Part shown: piece by piece, positions 13,568 through 26,659 of the stretch
Layout: every line of letters starts with the position of its first letter
Position numbering within the stretch: position 1 is the stretch's first letter
From: Trichosphaerium sp. ATCC 40318
Taxonomy: Eukaryota; Protista; Tubulinea
Length of the DNA stretch: 64,000 nt
Direction: 5' to 3'
NCBI GenBank assembly: GCA_038496445.1
Contig: JALMLS010000466.1
Span: forward strand, 744,001 to 808,000
Notes under the pieces: model-generated
Database searches by the model: none
Seen by the model: the letters and a program-made list of their open reading frames with translations, nothing else
Told to the model about the DNA's origin: nothing
Program-made: the position numbers and the translations under genes

Positions 13568-14472
13568 ATGTCAAACAAACAAACATCAACCAACAACAAA
13601 ACAAAGAAAGCTGTCACTCAAAAGAAGAAACCATCAAAGGCACCAGTGTACGTTAATTTATCGTCAAGTGAAATCCAATGATTACTGACACTCTTCATGA
13701 TAGTACAAAGAAACCCGCAGTTAACCCTGCAACTGTTGGAGGAGGTGTCGGAGGCACATTCATGAAGTCATTGTGTATGTTCTAAAGCCTGTGATGTATT
13801 CTAACAGTTTATGATAGCAAAACCTTGTGGTGTTGCTGGTTTGGCAACATGTATCGGAATCATCAGCCCAAATCCAAATGGCACATGTTATTGTGCTCAT
13901 ATCAGCGACTCTTGCTCAATGGGGACATGGTGGACAACATACGATAAGATTCAAAAAGCAGTTCGTACTGCTTGGATTGAAGAAAAAATCAAATCTGGTT
14001 TAGGTATGTAATTGTTTGCTTTGTTACTTTTGTGATCGTGATGTATGACTCACCCTATGGTCTAGGAAATCAACCAATCAGTAAAAGAACATTTTACGTG
14101 ATGACAGGAATGCCAAAAGCAAATGCAACACTTGCAGCTGTACTTGAGGTATTGAAGGGTGCTCGTAAAGTGATCAACAAAACAGGATGTAAAAGGTTTA
14201 ATAGTGGATTCTACTTGAATTCCAAGGGTTCTATTCGTCCACTTGTTGAATCTAATGCGCTTTGGGCATGTGGTTGGGTTAAAGGAACAAAACTATCACA
14301 ACGTTATAAGAACATGCCAAATAACAAGGTCAGTGGAGATGGCATATTTGAAGTACCTGAAATGAAAAAGTTTGATACAGTCGTTTCACAAGTTCGTAAA
14401 GCAAAGAAGGGTTTGGTCAGTAAAGATGACCCAGCACTCAAAAAATTCAGGCCTGTATTGGCGAAGGTATGA
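13568..14472 (+). CDS. Four-exon protein with CheD/CNF1/NTAN1-like Cys-His motif (putative deamidase)
   Basis: Clean GT-AG splicing; GVAGLATCIGIISPNPNGTCYCAHISD. Confidence 0.55.
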
Positions 14473-14625
14473 TCACATGCGAACTTTCGTATCGTTGGAT
14501 GATACGCCTTGTATATACTACTATCAATAAACAAACCCTTTATCAATACTTTTTTATTTTATTCAGCTGAGGTAAGTCACGGACAATATAGGGCTTAGAG
14601 TAGCAGTATTTCTATTTTCTAGAAT

Positions 14626-15317
14626 CTAGAATTTATCTGTAAAGTTAATTAGATGGGCATCTCTCAGAGCTACATGTAGAAAACACATTTTTTCTGCCAT
14701 TTAGCTGTATCAGTCATAGCTTTTTCACCACTTCTTGAGTTAACAGATATGTGTGTATGTAAACTTCCACCCAGCTCATCATGTACTTGCTCTTGATAAA
14801 GCTAAAAAAAAGCAACAACACGTGTTAATAAAGAGCAAAAAGGGTTGAGATTCCGTTTGATTTTAGTCCAAAACTTGATCGTACTTGTAAGTCTTTTGTT
14901 TCAATCTTCTTGATTTTAGCATATCTCTCAATCTGTGTCATGTAACAGAATAATATAGCCATGTTCATATACATCTGACTTGATGGGAAAGTAGTATCAG
15001 CATTGTGCACAACATCACTTTCAAATCCGTAAGTACTTCCTGAATGAAATATTAAAATCCAAAGACACGAATAGTTTTTTAAGGGTTCCGACCTGTTGGT
15101 ACTATAGAGCCTACTTTACATATTGTAGTGGAATTAGGTGATGCAGTACACTCGGATACGAATTCCAAGCTTCTGGCTTGCTCAGGTAGAAGTGCTAGGC
15201 CAACACCTTCGGCGTCACCCTAATATTTTTATCAAAAAGAACTGAATAAAAGTGTTTAAGCTTTGGCCGGTGATAAAGTTGTACGTAATTCACCACATTG
15301 TTATTCTTGTGGTTCAT
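14626..15317 (-). pseudogene. OsmC-like protein with a 1-nt frameshift (pseudogene or assembly error); 5' end uncertain
   Basis: FESD...ILFCYMTQIERYAK and HTHISVNS in one frame; AEKMCFLH in a shifted frame after the A3 run at 14700-14702. Confidence 0.55.
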
Positions 15318-15760
15318 CTCCCATCTCGCTTTTGTAGCCCGTTGGGCACATCTTCTTTGTTTAGTGGTCCTTATTGTTTTAAAACAAACCTCGACACCAA
15401 GTCACGTGTGCTGGTTTTGGCTTTAGTTATGTTCTTGTTTTTTTCTTGTTTACATTAGGCCTTTTTGAAACAGGTATTTGTTTGTACCTCGGTGTTGCAT
15501 AGTTTCTTTAGCGCAGTCACATGGTATTTAGTACATTAACCCACCTCAACGTACGGAACTACTATAATCAAGAAGATTTATCTACAACGCAAGAATCTTA
15601 TGAAATGACTTTGACCTTCGCATGACATACTACAATAAAGCTAACTTCAATCCGTAAAGCGTAAAAAAGTATTAGTTATTAGAACACAGTTTTAAACGTG
15701 TCAAACAGATTTGGCACCGTTTTTATTATTTACAAGCAAGAGAAGTTAAAAATTGTGACT

Positions 15761-18700
15761 CTAGTTCATCCAATATTTTCTCCATCTATGTACTGTCTCT
15801 GTGATAACAGGTGCAAGAGCTCTTACACTTTCATTAATAAGTGTTTGCATAGCCTACAAAGAAGGCAGTATTAGCAACAAAAAAAAACTGAGCTTGGCGT
15901 TTTACATGGCACGTGTTACAATTTAATGTCACGTGCCATGTGAGAAAACCAACTTTCTATATACTTAATATACTCTATATGTTCGTACCTGCGTGGCTGC
16001 TTTATCTGACAGTTCCAGTTTGAACTTTTCTTGTACCTTCAATACTGATCTTGATCCTTGTTCGATATCTGGTATATTCGCGTCAATCATAAGAGAGAAC
16101 AGATTCAAAATAAGGCTTGATGACTTTCTAAGAATATTATATGCTTCACAGCAATACTGTATAAATAGTTTATAATGCTCTGAAGTAGAACCACCCATGC
16201 CATCAACCATTTCTGTACAAAGTTTCTAAATGGAAAGTCAATCAACGAATTCGTTATCACAACTTCTTTGTGTCCGATATTAATACTTACCATAGGTGGT
16301 GGGAATGGTTTAGGATCTTTACCAAGAATGAAGCCAAAATCGATGTGGAACAGCGTACCCTAAAAGAACTTTTAGACCATCGTTTTTTCAAAGTAAAACA
16401 TGAGCGAAGTTTGTACCTCTGTTGTGAGTAGTAGGTTATCTAAATGACGATCTCCTACTCCAAGTATGTACGTAATAACACAATAACCAGCGCAAGACTT
16501 AACGAAATTATGCATTGCTTCCGTTGCAATACCATAAGGACCTTCTTTATCCGGACAGTGTTTTCTATTTAAGAACAAAGTAAGAATATATAATTTTACC
16601 ATTTCTTTCTCGCCAATGTACCTCAAAAATGCTTTAATATCTCCACCATAGTCTAATAATACATCGGCTATATTGGTGGCACCATGAACCATCTCCATCA
16701 TACCAGCACTTGGAGAAGTTGCCAAGACCTGAAAAAACACATCAGAAAAATAAAGCAGTAATCGATTTAGTTCTTTGAGCTCTTCTGGGTACCTTGTATG
16801 GTCTAAGCTTAAGATCTAAGTTTTCTTTTTGTAATAATTTATCCATCAAGTCAATAAGCTGAACTATAAGCTGATCTTGCCTCATGTCATCACCAAGCTT
16901 TGAAATAACACTGTAACTCTCTCCATCTGAAGTTAAAAAATTGTATTTTACTGGTGATAATGCACTCTTAAATATATGTATACCATCCGCTAATAAAAAT
17001 TAACTCAAAGCGTTGATAAAAAGCATTATCAAAAACAAGACGCCAAGAATGGCAAAGACGTAACTAAGGAAAGAAAAAAAAAAATCGACATAGCACAATA
17101 AATGAAAACTTAGGACGTACAGCTCACACCAACAACAGTAACACGAGGATCAAGTGGTAACGGAAGCTCTTTGAATTTATGCAAGTAATGAAAATCACCT
17201 TCGTTTTCAATCATACCTTTAATCTTAGCAGCCTAACAATAGTTAAACGAACCCATACTGTAAATCAATTAATCAAATTGTGAACGTACTTTTTTAGGTC
17301 GTGACCAACTGGCTTTTTTAATTAGTCTACCAATCTCTGCAAAGTCTGCAACTAGTTTACTCTGTCTTTTATACATATCAATTACTTCTGGACCACCACT
17401 AACACGCTCTGCAGATGTCAAAAAATCATTTCTTTTTTGTGCAAAAAACTCGCTAAAACGAGGGTCTTTTGTCTCTACTGTCAAGTACCTAAAAATATAT
17501 TCTAATTAATGTAAAATTTATTGCCTAGTAGTACTTACCAATACAAGTAATGACCAATATGAGTATTCTCCACAGCACGTCTAATAAGAAACCCAGACAA
17601 CGCGGAGTTTTTCTTGCCCTTTTTTTTCAAAAAGTTAAAAAACAAGGAATGTTGTACAACTTGCTTATGTCATACCACATCATATCGAAGTGCTTGTACG
17701 AGCTGAAGCAAGTAATATAATAAATCATCATCTGCAGCTTCCTCTAGACGTGCAACAGCATAATTACGTATTGGAACATTATCAGCAAATCTAGCTGAAA
17801 GCAATTCAAGAGCATCGTCTACATCTATTGGTTCCCACTACAAGTAGTTATTAATTAATTAGTCAAATATTGTTTTTATCTTTCCCAAGGATTACTTACC
17901 TCTTGTACAAGTTCCATACCAGCCTTTGCTTTTTTTGGGTTCTCCCAGTCAACACTTTTTATAAACTTTGTCAAAGCCTTCTTGTTTGAACGCAAATAAA
18001 ATCTGAATTTCCATAAAATCCTTATCTCTTGCCTATCCATGAAACCATTAATTTAGAAATAAAACAACAATCAAATAAAATTGTCTTGGTGGCGTATTTG
18101 CATACCTGTGGGATGAAATACGTGGATCAAAGTCTTTTGTTGGTGGATAATTCAGAATAGATTCCAACTGTTTTCTTTCATCAAAATTTGGACGTAGAGC
18201 TTTATCTAGATCACTAAACTCATCCCTTGTTCTTAGTCTATCATGCTTCATTTGAGCAGGATTATCATTACGTGTCTCAGGATCATAAACTGTAACCAAC
18301 TTATTTCTTTTCGAATACCTTCCATTCGAAGAAGAACTGCTTGACTTTGTACTACTTTGTGCACAATGAAAAACAACGGGAACAGAAAAATCTGGTAGTT
18401 CAACAACCAGAGTAGGTGGCGATATATCATAACCATGATCTTGTCTTTCAACAGAAAGCTTATTGATTTTTTCTATTTCTCTTATCGTCTTTGTATCAAG
18501 CCAATCAAGATGAGGAATCTTCTTTTGTGAGTAACTACGCATTAACTAAACAAACAAAAGAGTAAGATAAATTATACAATCGCTTGTCAAAAACATGGAA
18601 ACTGCCATCACGTGATTTTTGTTAAAAGTACAATAAATCTTTTGGAAAACTACCTGTTCTAGGCGTGTGACATCTGTCACGTGTTGTAGGTCTCCTGGTG

Positions 18701-19343
18701 TTGATGATGGGACGTTACCATCTCCAGTCACTCCTAGCCAGCATTGTAACTTTTGCGCTCCTTCTACTAAGGCATTGTTGCGATTAAACAACATCAGAGA
18801 TGTCCCAGAGACTGGAAAAGATCCTAAAAATTTGAGTGTGTCAGTTCAATGTGACGTCATTGTAAAACGTTTCATCACCTGTTTCATCAGCTCCCCATAT
18901 TGTAAATACTAGCTGTGTACTCTTGGGAAGGTCCTTGTACTTGATTGGTAGCTCTATAATCCGTTGCCAAGTGTAAATCCGCCCATCGTGAGATAAACGC
19001 CCAAAACCAGTTTGCGATTGCGTAACCTGCACTGTTAGATCAATTAAATGTTTATCGGTCGATTACCAATGCTTGTCCTTCTACAAATACGTCTACTGTG
19101 ACGTTGAAGTCACTAAACGCGCTTAGGTTACATAAAAGTTGATTAATACCTCGATTGTGAGAAACGCTGTGCAATATCGGTGTCGGTGTCAATTCTAGCC
19201 TCCAAACAATTTCTATAGCGTCGTAAGCAACAAAGAGGCTTTTTAAAAGTAAATTATGCTAATTAATGTTCGCCGTACACTTGTAGTCTCACAGGTAAAT
19301 CAATAGATGAGCTGGTATAAAAGACTACTTCATCCATCATCAT
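15761..19343 (-). CDS. VPS34: Class III phosphatidylinositol 3-kinase Vps34
   Basis: C2, helical ([23 protein letters not shown]) and kinase ([47 protein letters not shown]) motifs; ends HRWRKYWMN*. Confidence 0.97.
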
Positions 19344-19885
19344 TGGTACATTTAGCTTGACTATTCAAGAACGAACCAAAAGTGTTACCAGAACTCGTGC
19401 CATAAGTTGTCATTTTTACTTTAAGATTCTCAAGCAGTACGGCGAGGGCCACAGTAACCACCTATACTAAATTTACGCTCTGGCAGAGACATCAAGAACA
19501 ACGAAGACCAATTATACAGCGCTTTTGTGCTTCCACAATTTTTTGGCCATACATGCTTAAAACACTTCATTTCTTCCCACGGCGCGCGACAGTAGCTCGG
19601 AAATCAGTTCATTCTATTACAACAACAAGGCAACATCAGCAAGTGCGCAAATTCCGCGGTAATGCTTTGTTGTGCAAAAAAAAATATCCACTTAATTCTC
19701 CGCCTAATCACGTCATCGTATTGTTGGCGTCTTCTGTTACCATGGAAAGTATATTGTTGATGTACTGCCATATAAAATTTAATTTTAAATTGAAGTTGAT
19801 GACGTGCTTTGGCGGGCAATTGAGTGTTATTTTTGGGAAACTAAAATTTACCCTACTTTGACACTAATTTCATTTCTACAAAGCA

Positions 19886-20714
19886 ATGGCAACATCTCCA
19901 CTTGTAGACATCATAGGAGACAATAAGTTTCTTGTTGTAAACATCTTCCGTGGGTCTTGGTGACCTCCATGTACGCTTTTTTTATAATATACTACCGCGA
20001 GCGAGATAGTTCAATTGCAAGTACAATAGACGCCTTACAAGAGTTGTAGGTAATCAATATCACCAAAAGTTCCGGAAAATCGCTAAAAAGATTCGGGAAG
20101 TTGGTGGTGATATTGTATCCATTACTGCCCAGGATGCAGAGACATCTAAGGGTGTACGTATAAATTATAGCGGTATCCTTTATACGTACTTACTTTAAGT
20201 GTCTTTTTAGCTTAATGAGAAATGGAACGCTGACGTATCAGAAGATTTTCCTAGCATTGATATAAAAAATGACTTCGAAAAGAAATATGTCAACCCACTT
20301 GGTGCATTTTTGACTCCTACCTCTGAAACTCTCAGAGAAGCATCTGTTTACCATGAAGGTTATAAAAACAAACAAATGGCTCAAGTACGAAGAAACTCAG
20401 AAGTCGTTTTTTCCGACTTGCACACTTTTTTTTGACATGTTTTTTTGACATATTTTTCATAGCCTGTTGTAACTGTGTTATCCAAAGAAGGTGAAACGCT
20501 TTATTCCTGGAAAGCTGAAAAAGGAAGTACGTGTTGCAGAAGACAGTAGTTGTATTTTCGGAGACGTGATTTAATTTGTTTGTTAACAGCACCGTGGGGA
20601 CGTCCTCAACCTGAGCTTCTTCTACCTGCTATTTTGGCCAGATTAAAGGGACAAGATACAAAGGAACTTGATGCTAAGATAACGTACACGGATAGGACTA
20701 ACTACAAAGCTTAA
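19886..20714 (+). CDS. AhpC/TSA peroxiredoxin-like selenoprotein (UxxC; TGA 19961-19963 = Sec26)
   Basis: FRGSW-TGA-PPC aligns with the FxRGxWCPxC redoxin motif; after intron 19971-20049 the frame continues through GGDIVSIT, MAQPVVTVLSKEGETLYSW and GRPQPE. Confidence 0.85.
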
Positions 20715-20751
20715 ATTGTTACAACTGATTGGTGTAAAATTCCTTTTATTG

Positions 20752-20821
20752 TAAGAAGTTATGATTGTACACGAAACAAGCAAATCATTTTTGCCCTCAT
20801 GCACTTGAAAAAGAATTCTTA
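20752..20821 (+). promoter_or_regulatory. Candidate type II SECIS element in the 3' UTR
   Basis: TAAGAA/TTCTTA helix I; ATGA 20761; AAA 20774; GCAAA/TTTGC mini-stem; TGA 20806; helix II imperfect. Confidence 0.55.
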
Positions 20822-21772
20822 TGATTAAAGCAACTTACCAGTTGATTTACTGCAATAAACTTAATTCAATAACGTTAGTTTCTTATTTGATGTGTACTAA
20901 ACAACTCTATTTACTTTTTAGCTCCGTTTTTTTCTCAGTTTATTGCAGGCTTGCAAAAGAGGATCTAGCTCACAACAGCTAAAATAGATACCACAAACTA
21001 ATAAAAGTACATTTACCATAATTCTATGTCGGCAAACAGTCATTTCAGAGGCAGATGACCTGTAATCCATAGGATTTTATCTGAGATTTTGGACATCTGC
21101 CACGAAACTTACGGCATTGCAATAATCAACTGTAAGTACATAAGAGACCTATCAGTGCTCTAATAATGACATTATCAGCTATCCTATCGAAACGTTGAAC
21201 AGTGATTTTAGTAGAATAGTAGAGATATTGGCAATACTATGCTTAAAATTGCAAAAAAAAAAAAGTCTATCAGTAGTGATACATATTCCTATTAGTGGAA
21301 CCAAACGTAATTTTTTCTGCTTTTTAAATAACACCTTCGGCCACGTGATACAGTATTTTTTTTCAAGCGAACATATTTCACTAAGTTACACGAGGCTCAA
21401 GAAACACCTGTATGTAAGCCAGTTTGTGTTATTGAAAAAGACAGCGAGTATTCTACTCGCGTTCATCGTGTAGTTTCGTGATAGCGGATTCATTGGACAC
21501 TCAATTACAAAAACTGAATAAATCTCTATCCTGAAGTAATAGACTGCTTTGTAACATTTTACCGCTCCGCGTAGTCTCCTGTTTTGAGTATTAACTGAAC
21601 CCTTGTTTTGGCGTTCATTATTAACCTGGTGTATGTTGGAAGCTAAACAATGGTTTCATTCAAGTTGTTGAAGTTATGTGAAATCGGGGATTCATCGGAC
21701 AAACTACTGTGAGAATAAATTTGATAAAAACTCACGCCTTTTGTTCATCTAAAAATAAGGATTAATCCCACA

Positions 21773-22165
21773 ATGAACAACTTTTCTTCAAAGTCTATGC
21801 TATCATTGACCACTATTTTCGTGGTATTAATGTTTTCATGCTCAGTATCAGGACATAACGAAGAGGAAGAAGCATGTATTGGTAAATGGTGCTCAAGACT
21901 CTACAAACGTATAGATGGTAAAGCTGGAACTTATTGTGCTGATATATGGGGATCATGCCCAGATACGCTCTATGATGACGTACGTACTTGTTCATGTCCT
22001 ACGCGTTCCACTCAATTTAAAGCTTAGTTTCAAAACATATCAGGCAAGAAAAACTGTGGTAAACGATGCAATAAGCGAACACCTAGCGTTGGAAGATGTA
22101 ACCATAATGATGGCGATATGTGGTACCGTGGCATTCCTAGAGTTACCCGCTATGAATGCAAATAA
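21773..22165 (+). CDS. Small secreted cysteine-rich protein (2 exons; frame stays open to 22234)
   Basis: Signal peptide MNNFSSKSMLSLTTIFVVLMFSCSVSG; 8 Cys in the mature part; one GT-AG intron. Confidence 0.7.
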
Positions 22166-22975
22166 GCGATATGCATTGGTATAGATGTAGTCCATGGTAT
22201 TGGCGCGCAGACCACTTGTTGTAAACTACAATAAAGTTTGATGTTATAAATTTATCGTTTTACTTCCAGAACTTGACAAAGTAACTAAATATTTATGTTA
22301 TTCCTTTAATCTTGTTGGTTTTCCCCTTCCACCAGGAAGGTCATTGTAACTATCACAACAGTTTGGTTTATGTCCTTCGGTATCATGAGTGAGTACATTG
22401 CAAACTAATTTTTCCTATTTAAAAGGTAGTCACGTGCTTGTTGCACCTCATGAGTTAAATGTATTGACCAGAAGACTAATTGGGCACCTTGTACGTAAGA
22501 GAATAAATAGTATCACACAAAGATTTGGTACTGCACGAGCAATTGCTTTAGAGCGACTGTAATGGTAGCCTTGAAGTAGAGGACCAAAGCTGATATTCTA
22601 ACCACGTCCTAAAGATAGGCATGTGAATATCTCAATCCAGCGCATTTGCCTCATCCATTGCTTGTATGCAGTAGTTTGTTGGTTCAGATTCGCAGACATA
22701 TTCTCCGTTGTTAACTTGTCTTACAATGCATCAACACCTACCGTTTTTTGTAAGCTGAAGACGAGCTTATAGCTCATACTCTAAAGAAGCGCTATTTCTT
22801 GTGAGGCGAAAGAATCTTACTTTATCTTCGAAGTAGGTCCTGCCACGCAAGTGGTCTTATTTTCACTTCAGTGTGCGGTGGCAGTTTTGTCACGTGTTTG
22901 GTACCTTCTTACCTTCATTTTAGCCAAGAGTGGCTTTCGGGGAGTAGTGCAAACCCACTAATTTTTCACAAGACA

Positions 22976-23143
22976 ATGTCAACACATCTCACAAATAATC
23001 GAACCTTGATTCATAGCAGCAATAATAAATCGCTTACAGATTTGCCACCAGAGACAATAACTGAAATTCTACAGTACTTATGCAGAAATCACCGTATTGG
23101 CGTCTCCGCTGTTCAAAACCAAGATTACAAAAGAAGCAGTTGA
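22976..23143 (+). pseudogene. F-box gene fragment
   Basis: SLTDLPPETITEILQYL followed quickly by a stop, with no coherent continuation. Confidence 0.5.
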
Positions 23144-23491
23144 GGCATTAGGTATAGCTTGGCTTGACTAACAGTAACACGTCTTTGACTGTGCCTCCTA
23201 GTAAATTCGCACCATTGGCAGGTAATAGACTGTAAGCTTTTTCTTAATTTTCGTGTTACATTTGTCACGTGATTTACTAAGTTCAAGCTATATAACAACG
23301 TTTCGTACATAAAGCCACTAGACATTATTATTACATAGCGCCACATTACAATATAACATGCAAATTGAGGCTGTTACTGAGCTCGAGGCTAAACAAAACA
23401 AGCTTAGTTTAGGGATGTGATCTGATTTTGGAAACGGGGACATGAACAAATACATTCAAAAGGAAAGAGACGACAGTCTTTCTGCGTTTAT

Positions 23492-24450
23492 TTAAAACAC
23501 TGGGCGCCAAGGTGTATTACGCTTTGTTACTTGAATATGCTCATCGCCAGTTACTTCAGTACAACCAGTTGGTGTGTCGAAAATGGCAGGGTTTTTGATA
23601 CCAGGAGTAATATCAAAATAATCAATATCACCGCCCCAATGTGGTCCAGTACGTTCTCTGACAAATGCATCGCCTCTATTTTAAAAAAAGTAAATAACAA
23701 AACAAGCAAAAGATTGAAATGGAGGTTGTGTCACATACCTGATAGGAATGCAGTCTTTTACAGCAACGCTTAAAAACTCTTCAACGTTATTACGTCGGAA
23801 TGTGTAGACGTTAGCAGCAAGACTAACACCAAGAGTAATACCCTTCTTCTCAACGTAGTCATCTAAGGATAACATCAGGCGGAGAAACTTTAACAAAAAC
23901 CTTTTGAGGAAAACTTTACCTGGTATGCAAATCTCCTGCATAAATCCGCCTAGAACCTTCTCGGTACACTTACCCTTCTCAATAAGGTATTCACGGCGTA
24001 CACCCTACAAAATAAAACGTTAAAACAAATATCCGAAAACTTTTGTAAAACCACGTGATCAAACGGTCATTTTGCCAAAAAGTAGACTTGAAAACGGTTG
24101 GTTGAAACGTACGCGGACGTATTTATCTAGGATACTGAATTTTACGCGTCTCTCGTGGTTAAAACGCTCAAATACATCATATCTCGCTTGACGACGGTCA
24201 AAGTCGTAGCTGATGAAAGCAAAGAAGGTCTAGGAATACGGTAAACAGAAAAGTCGTTCGAAAACCTTTAAACCGTTCGCACCTCGTTCTTCTCTCTGTT
24301 GTGGCCAAAAATATCACCTACAACATTTGTTTAGTACGAACGTCAGATCCGTTACTAGTGCGAACCTTCCCAAGCGGTTGGTGTACAGCAGTCAGCAGCA
24401 AAAGAAGCAATGATAAAACACGACGCTAAAACTAACAGGAGAAGCTTCAT
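23492..24450 (-). CDS. Ependymin-related secreted protein
   Basis: Signal peptide, CCTPTAWEG, ISYDF, KDCIPI and YFDITPGIKNPAIFDTPTGC, typical of ependymin/EPDR proteins. Confidence 0.85.
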
Positions 24451-24745
24451 GTTGGTGATGTTGATTGATAAAGTAAATTTCTTAAATGTTCAAGAGTGCA
24501 CTGAAAAAAAGTGAACTAACCAAACGGCCGGTTGTGTGATACAAAACGGTTGGCCGTTTGCACTTAGCCGCCAAGTAAACGGTTTTGTATAGCGCATTTG
24601 ATCAAAAAGACGCAGCGTAGGTTGTTGGTAAAGTGTAAATGGACAAAATCGTGACTGGTCCAGTTGCAGCTTACCCGGGTAAAAATATTCGAAACATTAA
24701 CCTTCAGCTCAGAAAATGGAACTGGAGAATATGAACAAGATTTAT

Positions 24746-26659
24746 TTAGTCTAAGTTAACAGGAATAGAACCTTGCTTTTTTAGTGGTGAGGGCCTTGAT
24801 GTACTTTCATCTGTATCTTGCATCTTAGACGAATCATCCGTCTTAACACTTGCTAACTCGGTTTCTACGGGTTGTGGCGCATCTATAGCACTGCAAATAC
24901 CATTTGTCTGGGCTACAGTAACTATGGCTACACCAAGGTACACACAAATACCTGTTGCGAAAAAGCCTGAACATAAAGAAAGTAAGAATTAATCAGGAAG
25001 GAGAAAATCATGCAAAAAAAAGTACCAATTGGTGTTGAGACTTGTCCTGAAATGACGAGTACCATGCCAATCAAGTAAAATAAGTATCCAAGAACCACAA
25101 ATCCAAGGCGATATACAAACTAAAAAAGAAAAAAAGCATCAGTAAATCTATACCCAATTTTATGTTTCACACTTTTGTTACCGTTGAGCGCAAGACATCT
25201 CCAACTTTGCTTGATTGGTTTAACCACATCGTCAGCTGAACACCAGTGGTAATATTGAAAATGATCAAAGCTATAAAGGAACACGTTAGAACTCAGAATA
25301 AATAAACCAAAAGTGGCAAATGTTAGCTATTAATAAAAGAAACATGAGGCGTACCAATAGCCACAACCATTGACACTAATCCGTAGAAATAATCTACAAC
25401 TTCATATTGATAGAATATTCTCATGAGACAGCTTACAATTGCAATAACAATAAGCAAGCAAGACACAATAAAGAATATAATGGTTGCTTTTGTTGTCATA
25501 AACTTGTTGACTTTAACACCAGAACGAGTGTAGAACTGATTCCAATGTAACGAAATAAGAAGCGTTGCTATTAAAAGAAATTAGCAAGCAAGTAAGTTTC
25601 AGTACTACGTACCAATAAGAGTTGGTGTAACGCACATGTCGAACAATACAACTGTAAACGTAGCTGGGAAGTAGTCACGTATAACATAATCTAGCGCAGT
25701 TATAGCAACAGCTACAAAAACAGTTTAGAATATAAAATTTCAACATGCTTTACGTACTCAACTCAGCGAACAAGTGAAGCACAAGTACAACAACTGGAAG
25801 AGTTTCTTCGAATAGCTGTCCTTTCAAAAACTGCCTCACTGTAAAGAAAATAATGTACGCTATTGCCGAAAGACATGGTAGCTCCATAAGCAAATATTGA
25901 AGCACCCAACCCACAGTACCATCTGCTAGTTCTTTCCAAGCATTTTTATCTGAAGACGCACGTTTAAGTTTTGTTCATGTGAAAAAAAAAATTGTACAAA
26001 CCTTCATTGTTTATGGTGATGTTAAGACTCTCTGAAGTCTCTAGAGCTTTATGTACTTTATCGGAATCTCCTGCGTTTATCTCGAATATTGGTAGTGAAG
26101 TCAATGTTGATGGGTTTGTATCGAACAAGAACCTGCCTCGTCCTGCGATTACTAAGAATAAAATAAGCAAAACCTTCTTGCTACACTTAACCACTAGCTT
26201 AAGGTAGCCCGCCCGAAGAAGTGTGAATGTTTCTACGTACGATCTGTTGAGCCAATGACTATAGCCACGGCTTCTGAGAGTTTATGAAGATGCGGACGTA
26301 AGACCCTGTCTACTGTCCCCTTTGTAAGTCGAAAGAACAAAACTTTTTTCGAAACGGAAGGCATCTGGCGAGATGTTATTAAATCTGGACTCAGAAGGCA
26401 ACGTACTTCTGTTTTGTCTCCGTCTACAAGATGACCTGAAATTATTTGGCTCGAATTAACGAAAGAACCTTCATACGCTAATCTAGGCGCGTGTAAAGAG
26501 ACTACAACGTAAAAAATGTCAGCTGATTGAGATTTCAATAATAAACCGTTTTTATAAACACAAAAAAAACAACGAACCATCGTTCCATAGTAACCGTGCG
26601 TTGACTAAAATGACAGCCAAGGAAATAAAGAGAATAAGAGTGTTAGAGAAGCGTTGCAT
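24746..26659 (-). CDS. Signal peptide + large extracellular domain + multi-pass (7TM-like) membrane protein
   Basis: MQRFSNTLILFISLAVILVNA start; several hydrophobic exons at 25020-25930; Ser/acidic cytoplasmic tail. Confidence 0.65.

Noticed and set aside
20821-20852. Second ATGA-initiated hairpin as an alternative SECIS
   Set aside because: The stem forms but lacks the apical AA and the 3' GA of the core
20900-22780. Coding-like - strand fragments at 20900-21250 and 22290-22780
   Set aside because: Multiple stops in the frames I read and no assignable family
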